Of a stretch of 64,000 nt of DNA, positions 29,563-37,670 are shown piece by piece (position 1 is the first letter of the stretch; each line of letters begins with the position of its first letter). The notes beneath the pieces were generated by a model. That model was not told the origin of the DNA, searched no databases, and saw only the letters and a list, made by a program, of their open reading frames with translations. Source of the stretch: Fibrobacteria bacterium (GTDB lineage Bacteria > Fibrobacterota > Fibrobacteria > UBA11236); NCBI GenBank assembly GCA_043745805.1, contig JAYTSD010000044.1, positions 1-64,000 of the forward strand, in the 5' to 3' direction. The position numbers and the translations under genes are program-made.

Positions 29563-31809
29563 CTAGCGCCTTACAATTTGATGCACGGTTTGGCCTTCTT
29601 TACTATTAACTCTTAAGAAATAAATTCCTGCGGGTTGATTACTTAGGTTAAAACTGGACTCTAAACGCGTAGACGATTTATTTAATTGAATTTCTTTTAG
29701 TGTTTGACCGCAAATACTGGTAACCGAAATATCTACTTCCCCAATATAATCCGAATTCAAACTAAAGTTGAAGAGGGTGTTTTCGGGATTGGCAAATACT
29801 TTAAATTTTTTCACATTCCCTTTTTTAATAATTCCTTGAATAGTACCATCAAGGTTACGTGGCACAATACCCCAATTGGGAACTTCATTAAAACCACTAT
29901 TTAATACTGCTGGCCAATTACTAGCTCCGGTTAATCTAGCCCATGCGGCCGTGGCACCTGTGGCCTTGTGATCCACTGCATAGGCAATAGCGGGCATTAA
30001 ATTTCCCCAAAATCCCGTTGCCGCCGCAGTAGGATCACTTCCCGAAGATCCTTCCAAAATATTAGTGCAAGCAGGGGCTGGAGTAAATGTCGCTTTATAA
30101 ACGGCATCCCAAGTTTTAAACCATCCACTCGGTGCACCGCTTTTTCCATCACTGGTTTTTAAAGTATAAGTAGAAGCTTGCGTAAAACAAAACCCACTAC
30201 TTGTTCCTAAAATCCCTACTACTGCCGAATACATATAATCGCGAACTTCATTATAAATAGTCATATCGGCTAAGGGTTCAAGGTCTGAGCCCATACCGAT
30301 GGATTGAATAAAAAAATGTTGCTGCCAAGGGGCTACGGTTCCCGGACCATAAAGATTAGCATCATATTCATAGAGATAGCCTATTCCCGCAGGGTTAACC
30401 GCATTCTTTACCTTTTTTAAATGCTGCATATTATTTGCGAGTAACAAACTATAATCTGCCGCGATATCATCGCCTGCTGGCGCAATGCCCACATACTGTG
30501 TTAAAGTTCGCATACACCAAGCATAGCCTCGTGTTTGGCCATTATAATAACGGGATGTTCCTAAATTAGGGGACGAAGGATCCGTTGTCCAATCTACCGC
30601 GCCTGCCATGAGATAAGCGGTGGCAACTTGATTTTCCATGGTTTCGAGATAAAAATAATCGCCGGTAATTATATAGGCGAGATAGCCACCAGATCCATGA
30701 TGCGAGTTTTCCCAGCTTAAATTTCCCGCACCCGAATTGGTACTACCACCTTGATCCGCTCCATCAAGACTCCAATTGGGTTTGTTCGAAGGTTTAGTCG
30801 GAAGATTGGTCCCACTCTCATTCCATTCAATAGCATAATTATTAATAGCTTTAGCATTGGCCAGCACGGCTTTATAAGCACGTGGATCACCGAGAGAGGT
30901 TATAAACATCGCATCCCATAGCGGCATAAGACCTAATTGCGCTTGATAACCCGTTTCCCCCATATTCACGGTCCAATCTCCATTTTGATTTGGAGCATAA
31001 TTTTGATAAAGTCCATTTAATACTATTGCGCTTGGGGTATTAATCATATAGTTTGGAACCAACTTAGCGAATTTTAAATATTGCGTATCATGTCTAGGTG
31101 TTACCTGTGGATCCCCGCCAACCCAACCTTCAGCCGTCCAACGGGTATGCGCATAATGCGTTAAACTTGCACCCGCATTATTATAAACTGTTGTTCCACC
31201 AATAATAATGGTGGGAATATAATTTTTATTAGCCGTAGTTTTGTCGAGATAGCCATTTTCAATAACCGTACGTATCCAAATTTTTCCGCCTTTATATAAG
31301 CGAACATAAAACCACACCGCTAAGGTAGCATCGCTGCCCACAGCGGATCGATAATGCGCTTCAACCATTTCGGGACCAATAATCCAAGTGCGAAAAGGCG
31401 TAGCTAAAAGACTAGATAAATTAACTGTTCCTATAGTGCCCAATTTAACGGAAGCAGAAGGATTAGCGGTGGCAATATTTGCAGCGACAAGATTTACACC
31501 TGAAGGAATTAAGGAACTATCCACATTTACCGTTAAGGGGACTCCCGAAGTCAAAGCCACTTGTCCCGAAGCAATAGCATGTTTAACGCTGCCATCATTC
31601 CAGCGTCTTTTAACTATAACTTGCGAGGTAACAATATTTAATTTCGGAACATTCGGAATATCCCCTTTTTTAAAACCAAGCCCCACCGTAAAAGGCAATG
31701 TTCCACTGGTTGCTGAGGTTAATTGAAAAGTAGTGATGGGAGCAGAATAAGTATTGAGACTAATAATGAATTGAGCCAAAACGAAGAGGATGATTTTATT
31801 CATAGTCAA
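29563..31809 (-). CDS. Secreted protein with T9SS-like CTD; possible polysaccharide lyase-like alpha/alpha barrel
   Basis: Signal peptide; PFTVG..F.KG and RWNDGSVKHA (PcRGLX/YetA-like N-domain pattern); W-rich helical core; tail F.NP...PAGIYFLRV...HQIVRR. Confidence 0.6.
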   Translation of the reverse strand: MTMNKIILFVLAQFIISLNTYSAPITTFQLTSATSGTLPFTVGLGFKKGDIPNVPKLNIVTSQVIVKRRWNDGSVKHAIASGQVALTSGVPLTVNVDSSLIPSGVNLVAANIATANPSASVKLGTIGTVNLSSLLATPFRTWIIGPEMVEAHYRSAVGSDATLAVWFYVRLYKGGKIWIRTVIENGYLDKTTANKNYIPTIIIGGTTVYNNAGASLTHYAHTRWTAEGWVGGDPQVTPRHDTQYLKFAKLVPNYMINTPSAIVLNGLYQNYAPNQNGDWTVNMGETGYQAQLGLMPLWDAMFITSLGDPRAYKAVLANAKAINNYAIEWNESGTNLPTKPSNKPNWSLDGADQGGSTNSGAGNLSWENSHHGSGGYLAYIITGDYFYLETMENQVATAYLMAGAVDWTTDPSSPNLGTSRYYNGQTRGYAWCMRTLTQYVGIAPAGDDIAADYSLLLANNMQHLKKVKNAVNPAGIGYLYEYDANLYGPGTVAPWQQHFFIQSIGMGSDLEPLADMTIYNEVRDYMYSAVVGILGTSSGFCFTQASTYTLKTSDGKSGAPSGWFKTWDAVYKATFTPAPACTNILEGSSGSDPTAAATGFWGNLMPAIAYAVDHKATGATAAWARLTGASNWPAVLNSGFNEVPNWGIVPRNLDGTIQGIIKKGNVKKFKVFANPENTLFNFSLNSDYIGEVDISVTSICGQTLKEIQLNKSSTRLESSFNLSNQPAGIYFLRVNSKEGQTVHQIVRR

Positions 31810-32046
31810 CCCTTAAAAAAAGGAATAAGTAAAAAGTTTCTTGGCAGCAATATTAGCCATTGCTAGGGTTAAACTGCAAATAATGTTTAACCCTCACCAA
31901 AAAATAACTGCCTTGCATAGGATTAAGTATCGCACGGAATGGTTGGCTATGTATAGGGGTTTTATCTCCAATTTATCATTTGTTTAGTGAACAAATTTCG
32001 TTCCAAGCTCAAATTGTGGAAATTCCACTAGACCTGATACTTGTAT

Positions 32047-32910
32047 TTAAGGAAAGGGAATTGACTCCAAATTAAAAGTGACGGTGTCTTCGCCTGCATC
32101 TGCTCTGAAAATATTTACCGGAATAAGCATTCTCCACTGAGCATGATTCGCATCGATAAAACGACAAACTGTATTGTAATCAAGCCGGTAGATTTTCATG
32201 TAGGCGTATATGTCGCTGGAATTTTCAGAAAAAGGAATCCAAGCTGTGCTATCCTCTAAATACTGAATCCAGGGTGAAATTATTTTTAGGGATGTAGTAG
32301 GATGCATATAAAAATCAATACGCCCATCTGGAGTGATGTAGGCTTTAAAGGTTCCGTTACCTCCAAAGATGGTATCGTTAGTGCCTTGGTAATTTCCCTT
32401 ATAAATGCCAATCCATTTCGAACTTATTACAGAATTTTTATAGGTAACCTTCATAAATTTAATCACCAATTGAAGATCATTTATTTCATAATCAGTTAAG
32501 GATCCAATTTCTCCCATATCTATGGTTTCGCCAAAAGATAATTTTGCAAAATGAGAAAAATCTACATGGCCACGATATTCAAATACCGGATTTTCAACAA
32601 ACCCATAATTCACATTATTCGAATCTTTTTTTATCAACTGAATAACAAAAGTAAAAAAATCATTTTTACCAATTATCTCCTGATTATAGATATTACTCTC
32701 AATATTTGCCATTTTCAGGGTAACTTTCCCTAAATCCTGAGTTAAGCTAAATCGAATCTTTTGATTGTAAGCAAGACCGAGATCCGAAAAGACATGTCTT
32801 TTTTCAATTCCCAAATGCTTATCGGGACCAGGATTTTCCAAGCATCCATTAAGAACGCCAAGCAAAAAACAAAAAAGGAAATTAACGCCTATGCTACTGA
32901 TAAACTTCAT
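32047..32910 (-). CDS. Hypothetical lipoprotein, paralog B
   Basis: Likely start MKFISS at 32910; lipobox LNGC; homologous over its length to 32959..33774. Confidence 0.8.
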   Translation of the reverse strand: MKFISSIGVNFLFCFLLGVLNGCLENPGPDKHLGIEKRHVFSDLGLAYNQKIRFSLTQDLGKVTLKMANIESNIYNQEIIGKNDFFTFVIQLIKKDSNNVNYGFVENPVFEYRGHVDFSHFAKLSFGETIDMGEIGSLTDYEINDLQLVIKFMKVTYKNSVISSKWIGIYKGNYQGTNDTIFGGNGTFKAYITPDGRIDFYMHPTTSLKIISPWIQYLEDSTAWIPFSENSSDIYAYMKIYRLDYNTVCRFIDANHAQWRMLIPVNIFRADAGEDTVTFNLESIPFP

Positions 32911-32958
32911 ATCCATTCTCCAAAAAGAAATTTCCAAACGAAATGTTTAAGGCAAAAA

Positions 32959-33774
32959 TTAACGTGGAGTAATGGATTCAAAATTAAAAGTAACCGTATC
33001 TACTGCCAACAGACTTTGCCTATAATAATGAGGATTTAACATCATCCATTTACCATGTTTCGCATCTATAAGCCCACCAAGAACATTAAACAATATATGA
33101 TGTTCGCTATAATAATATTCCGCATAATGCCAACCCTCATTATAATAAGGTGCAAAAGGAATCAAGGCTATAGAATCATTTACAAAGGTATTAGCATGCA
33201 AAAAAATATCCGTATTCCCCTGCGCATCAATATAAGCGTGAAAATTTCCTGCATGACCATAAAGGGTATCGCTGGTTCCTAAATAGGTTCCCTTATAAAT
33301 ACCACTCCATTTCGAATTTAAAATCGAATCCTTGTACGAAGCTTTTATGAAATTAATTTGCAATTCGAGATCTTGTATTTCATAATCAACTAGGGATCCA
33401 ATGAGTCCCAAATTTCTGGTTTCATAAGGTGAAAGTTTTTCCATATGACCATAATATTCAAAAACTGCATCTTCCAAAAAATAACGTGTGTCCAAAAGAT
33501 AAGGATTTATTTTTTTTAATTGAATAATAAAATCAAGACTATCATAGATTTCAGGACCTCTAAAATCATTGGTAACTTTCAAGTTAATCTTCCTCAAATC
33601 TTGGGTCAAATCGAATTCAATTGCCTCATGATTTGGAAGTACTGAAGAGAAGTGGGCATGTCTCTTTTCAATTCCCAAATGCTTATCGGGACCAGGATTT
33701 TCCAAGCATCCATTAAGAACACCAAGCAAAAAACCAAAGAAGAAATAAACACCGGTTTTGATTTTTAATTTCAT
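32959..33774 (-). CDS. Hypothetical lipoprotein, paralog A
   Basis: ATG 33774 overlaps the caspase stop (ATGA); lipobox LNGC; shares LENPGPDKHLGIEKRH, VFEY.GH, SKW.GIYKG.Y.GT.DT and DTVTFN.ESI with paralog B. Confidence 0.8.
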   Translation of the reverse strand: MKLKIKTGVYFFFGFLLGVLNGCLENPGPDKHLGIEKRHAHFSSVLPNHEAIEFDLTQDLRKINLKVTNDFRGPEIYDSLDFIIQLKKINPYLLDTRYFLEDAVFEYYGHMEKLSPYETRNLGLIGSLVDYEIQDLELQINFIKASYKDSILNSKWSGIYKGTYLGTSDTLYGHAGNFHAYIDAQGNTDIFLHANTFVNDSIALIPFAPYYNEGWHYAEYYYSEHHILFNVLGGLIDAKHGKWMMLNPHYYRQSLLAVDTVTFNFESITPR

Positions 33775-35846
33775 ATGCGTATACCCAAAAAAAATCCATT
33801 CCATTGAATACCTTGATAATCACCGAACCAATTTTCTCCATCCCTATTAGGGTTTAAATTTGGACGAGTGGCTTTATCCCAAATTTCTGCATTATAATTC
33901 ATACCACCAAAAATGGAAAAATAACGTATCGGGGAATAACCTAAAAATAAACGTAACCTTGAATGATAACTGGTATTGTCCATATCTTGGTCATTATAAA
34001 TTATTCCCACCCCCAAATCCGCATCTGCAAAAAATGGCTTACGGGGGAAATGCATTCCTATACCTGCACTACCTCCCCAAAGATGGTGAGGACTAAGCCC
34101 TTTCATATCGAATGAGAAATAATTGTAATTGTGAGGTCCTCCTAATAGAAAGGCGGTACGTAACATAGACCTTTCATCAAAAGTCATTTCCACATTGTGC
34201 ATGCCATTACCAATCAAATTTATCAATCCTATTACGCCACCTTTACTATGCTTGGCATAATTAATGAGGCCAACTTGTATTCCCTCTGATTCTTTATCAA
34301 CATTTATAACTCCAGCTTGTAAGCCTTTATTTTCATTAGATATATTCAACAAACCCAACTGCAAACCCTTTGCTATTCCCGTATAGTTAACCATCCCAAT
34401 TTGCAAACCTTCCAGTGTATCTACGGCATTAACCAAGCCAGAAATTTGTACACCACAATGTTGCTGCAATTCCGAATTAAAAAGTATTGCAAATTGCAAA
34501 CCCTTCGATCCGCCTTCACTGCTATTTACCATCCCACATTGCAAACCATTCATGTTACCTAAAGTTTTATTTAATCCTAAGCACAGTTGTAATCCTTGAA
34601 TTGAAAAAGCTTTTCCAACTAATAGATTCAAAGAGACATTATGAGAATAGGTAACAGAATCTGTTCCAGGATAACCTACTGAGGGCACTATAGCGGCTCT
34701 GAATGGGATCCATGTTTCTCTTTGAATAGGTGACCTTTCAATATTAGTATTAGTGTCTAGATCCGTATTCAGCGAATCAGTTCCTCCACGACTTTGAGTT
34801 TTCTCTTTGGCTACCGGAGTAAAGTTATTCATACTCACCGGTAAGTGAGCGGATTTTTCCACATTCACTAAAGCCCGAAACAATGACCCGCCTTGTTTTA
34901 GACTGATATCATACATTCCAGGTTCTAAACCTAGTTCTACATTTCGACCCAATGTCTTCTGCAATTCAGCCACCAAGGCACCTGAAGCGGCTCTTACAAA
35001 AAGTCGTCCTTCCATTTTTGCATCCATAACCAATCCAGCTGAAGTGCCACGCAAATCGGTAAGTACCAAATCACCGGTTCCAGTAAGACGCATATCGTAA
35101 CTTGGATGTTGCGCCCCCGCTTGGCTACCCTCGGTTTGAGCCAAAGTTTCTTGAAAAGCAAATTCATAAGCTTCACCTAAGGTCACTTTGCCATCTTGAT
35201 TTCTATCAGCGGCGCCTCTTAATCCCGTCACTAAAAAATGTGTAAAATAGGAAGCGCGAATACGTTCCGATTCTTGCGCGGATTCTGTTCCTGAACTTGC
35301 GGTTAAAAAAGCATACCCAGAAAGATTAGCGCTTTCATCTACTGAAAATGCCGGTAAACGGCTTCCACCCTTTATGCGAGTGAGTGCTCCGGATGCACAA
35401 GCATCTACCACGGCTAAACGAATTTTAGCGGGAGCGGCATCAATGCGCGATCGAAAATCGGGATAAGACAATTTTTCTGCGCCGAACATCAATCCATTTT
35501 CATCGGAATGGCCGGAAAAATAAACTAATAATTCGGGTTTCCATCCGCCATCCTTTGCATTAGCAATGCGGCCACGCAAAATTTGCATCGCTGCTAAAAA
35601 TTGTGCCAGCGTGGGTTCTTTCAATAAAACCATATCGTCGCGTGATACTCCTCCCAATTCTACTAATACATTGGAAAAGGTACTGGCATCGGTATTGGCA
35701 TACCGTAGCTTGACGCGAGAAGAACCACCATCATTCGCTCCCACTACCAGAGCAAAACGCCGAAACCCAAGTTCTTTATCTGGATTAACATCGGCGTTAC
35801 ATAATAATAAAGCAATACCCAGTAGGAAAATCCCAACGAATTTCAT
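33771..35846 (-). CDS. Exported caspase-family (peptidase C14) protein with GLQ repeats and probable C-terminal outer-membrane barrel
   Basis: Signal peptide; RFALVVGAN.G, LRYA..DA, YFSGHS (His), VDACASG (Cys), EF-hand-like DRNQDGKVTLGE; about 9 G[LVI]Q.G..N repeats; amphipathic strands ending GFFLGIRI. Confidence 0.9.
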   Translation of the reverse strand: MKFVGIFLLGIALLLCNADVNPDKELGFRRFALVVGANDGGSSRVKLRYANTDASTFSNVLVELGGVSRDDMVLLKEPTLAQFLAAMQILRGRIANAKDGGWKPELLVYFSGHSDENGLMFGAEKLSYPDFRSRIDAAPAKIRLAVVDACASGALTRIKGGSRLPAFSVDESANLSGYAFLTASSGTESAQESERIRASYFTHFLVTGLRGAADRNQDGKVTLGEAYEFAFQETLAQTEGSQAGAQHPSYDMRLTGTGDLVLTDLRGTSAGLVMDAKMEGRLFVRAASGALVAELQKTLGRNVELGLEPGMYDISLKQGGSLFRALVNVEKSAHLPVSMNNFTPVAKEKTQSRGGTDSLNTDLDTNTNIERSPIQRETWIPFRAAIVPSVGYPGTDSVTYSHNVSLNLLVGKAFSIQGLQLCLGLNKTLGNMNGLQCGMVNSSEGGSKGLQFAILFNSELQQHCGVQISGLVNAVDTLEGLQIGMVNYTGIAKGLQLGLLNISNENKGLQAGVINVDKESEGIQVGLINYAKHSKGGVIGLINLIGNGMHNVEMTFDERSMLRTAFLLGGPHNYNYFSFDMKGLSPHHLWGGSAGIGMHFPRKPFFADADLGVGIIYNDQDMDNTSYHSRLRLFLGYSPIRYFSIFGGMNYNAEIWDKATRPNLNPNRDGENWFGDYQGIQWNGFFLGIRI

Positions 35847-36745
35847 TTTCCCTCCTGAGGGCGAGCATGTGAAGAAGATATTTCTTTCTCAATAGTATAA
35901 GTGTATTGCCTAAATGTACTGGGCAAGGCCATTAAAGTATCGGAAACATTTTGGCTGAAAGCAAATTCCCTGCGAATCAATCTCAGCAGACTATCGCAAG
36001 CAAATGGTTCGGATGAAGTAAGCAAATAAAATCGTTCATACTTAGGAGCCTGATCTAATCGAAATGCATTCGGAAGCCCTTGCATATTACCCTCTTGTAG
36101 TTTTAAGGCTGGCCCCTCCGTTTCAGGAAAATGTAAAGTCATATTTCCCGCACCGTCACGAGAAAATATCATTCCATAAACAGATTTTCGATTATGATAA
36201 AATACCTGCAAAATATCTCCGGCCTTGGCCTTATCATGAGGAAGTAGTAATTCCGTTCCTAATTTGGTTTTTCGGAAAATCACTAAACCCGATTCAGTAC
36301 CTTTTAAAAGAATATCAGGAGTTTCCGTAGCTAGTGGAATAAGGCTTGCATCGGATCCACGAATTTCAACTTGATTTTGCATTGGTCGCAAGGTTAAAAA
36401 AATACCCACTATTAAAGTAGCCAATGCAGGAAATCCATAACGTAGTTTAAACAAATTCTGTCTAAGTGTTTGCCGTCCATTTTCAGCACCGAGTAGGGAA
36501 TATTTTTTTTGTTTAAGATGATTAAGGCGAGTTTGCTGGCGACGTTGAATAGCTATTGCCATTGCTTTAGGTTCATAGGCTGTTAAAATCTCTTCATTCG
36601 ATTTTCGAATACCGTTAACGCGCTCTTGCAATACGCTATCTGTTTCACAAAACATTTGAATCTGTGCATTGCGTTTTGCATCTAATTCACCTGCTACAAA
36701 GCGCTCTAACATTAAATCGGATATTTCATTTAATTCTTGTTTCAT
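35843..36745 (-). CDS. Anti-sigma-like membrane protein with periplasmic DUF4384-like domain
   Basis: N-terminal anti-sigma-like helices (ISDLMLERFVAGEL), single TM (FPALATLIVGIFLTL), GD.LQV.Y...IFSRDG.G..TLHFP...LPNAFRLD.AP..ERF; coupled to the sigma gene. Confidence 0.8.
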   Translation of the reverse strand: MKQELNEISDLMLERFVAGELDAKRNAQIQMFCETDSVLQERVNGIRKSNEEILTAYEPKAMAIAIQRRQQTRLNHLKQKKYSLLGAENGRQTLRQNLFKLRYGFPALATLIVGIFLTLRPMQNQVEIRGSDASLIPLATETPDILLKGTESGLVIFRKTKLGTELLLPHDKAKAGDILQVFYHNRKSVYGMIFSRDGAGNMTLHFPETEGPALKLQEGNMQGLPNAFRLDQAPKYERFYLLTSSEPFACDSLLRLIRREFAFSQNVSDTLMALPSTFRQYTYTIEKEISSSHARPQEGK

Positions 36746-37266
36746 TACGAATCCTTTCCCATCAAGCTTTGGGAGTTACTCTTCTTTTCCCATGCATTGC
36801 CACCTTTTTGGGCAATATGGGTTTTTAAATTTTCTAACCGTCGACGAACGCCCGCCGCCGATATTTCTACTACTTCACTGATTTCAGAATAAGTCAAGCC
36901 ATCCACATAATGCAAAACCGCCATAACCTTGGTACTTTGCGGTTGCCGATGAAATATCCAGTCTATTATGCGCTTCACTTGAAAAGTTTTTTCAATGTCT
37001 TCGGAAGAAGCAATGGTTGCTAATAGTTCATTGTTTTCGCGATACCGATTTTCAGCCAGATTGATTTTATCTAAACAAATTCGCGTGGCAGCGGTAAATA
37101 AATAACTGGTAGGATATTCAATTTCTGAAGGATGATTATTGAGTAGGCGTAGAAAAACCTCCTGCATGGCATCCAAAGCACTGTCTTTATCTCCCAGCAT
37201 TTGCTGGCATCGTCTTAAAACCATGGGTCCATGCTTCCTATACAATTCCTCAATATCCATCACCAA
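36745..37266 (-). CDS. ECF-type sigma-70 factor
   Basis: LYRKHGPMVLRRC..MLG....A.DAMQEVF; YLF..ATRICL; LHYVDGLTYSEI..V..S..GVRRRL. Confidence 0.92.
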   Translation of the reverse strand: MVMDIEELYRKHGPMVLRRCQQMLGDKDSALDAMQEVFLRLLNNHPSEIEYPTSYLFTAATRICLDKINLAENRYRENNELLATIASSEDIEKTFQVKRIIDWIFHRQPQSTKVMAVLHYVDGLTYSEISEVVEISAAGVRRRLENLKTHIAQKGGNAWEKKSNSQSLMGKDS

Positions 37267-37312
37267 TTGAACTTTCCTTTCGGAACCCCTTTAAAAGGCG
37301 CCCTTCAAATAT

Positions 37313-37341
37313 GTAACGGCTCAGAAAACCAAAAGCGTCAC
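37313..37341 (-). promoter_or_regulatory. Candidate ECF-dependent (autoregulatory) promoter
   Basis: Minus strand GTGACG-N17-CGTTAC about 46 nt upstream of the sigma start; ECF-like -35/-10 layout. Confidence 0.45.
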
Positions 37342-37500
37342 TAAAAAATTATTTTTTTGATTTAAGCCGTAAATGGACCAAATGAGTTATTGCAGCAATG
37401 CAAGCAAATATAAATTGCAATATATTTAAAATTCTGCCCGATTCACATTTGTAATATAACTATGCCTGCGCTTGGAAAAGAAAATAATTCAGTCCGTACC

Positions 37501-37524
37501 AAAAAAAGGCCCCTAATTAGGGGC
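37501..37524 (-). terminator. Rho-independent terminator after di-heme gene 1
   Basis: GCCCCT-AATT-AGGGGC stem followed by a T7 run on the minus strand. Confidence 0.7.
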
Positions 37525-37569
37525 TATAAATTTAAAAATATTTAATTGAGGGGGTGGATGAGGATCCCG

Positions 37570-37660
37570 CGGTTCACAGGGGCATGTGGATATGCCCCAC
37601 AATTACCGTGAAGCCGAAGCCAGGGGGAGTATCTTTAGGGTTACCTAAATTATTCTCCCC
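37570..37660. repeat. GC-rich double-hairpin intergenic element (REP/MITE-like)
   Basis: CGGTTCAC..GGGGCAT-loop-ATGCCCC..GTGAAGCCG and GGGGAG..TTTAGG-loop-CCTAAA..CTCCCC. Confidence 0.45.
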
Positions 37661-37670
37661 CTAAGAATGC

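Noticed and set aside
32047..33774. Paralog pair as template/variable repeats of a diversity-generating retroelement
   Set aside because: No reverse transcriptase in the window. The near-identical block is N-terminal with only two mismatches, and both copies are coding.
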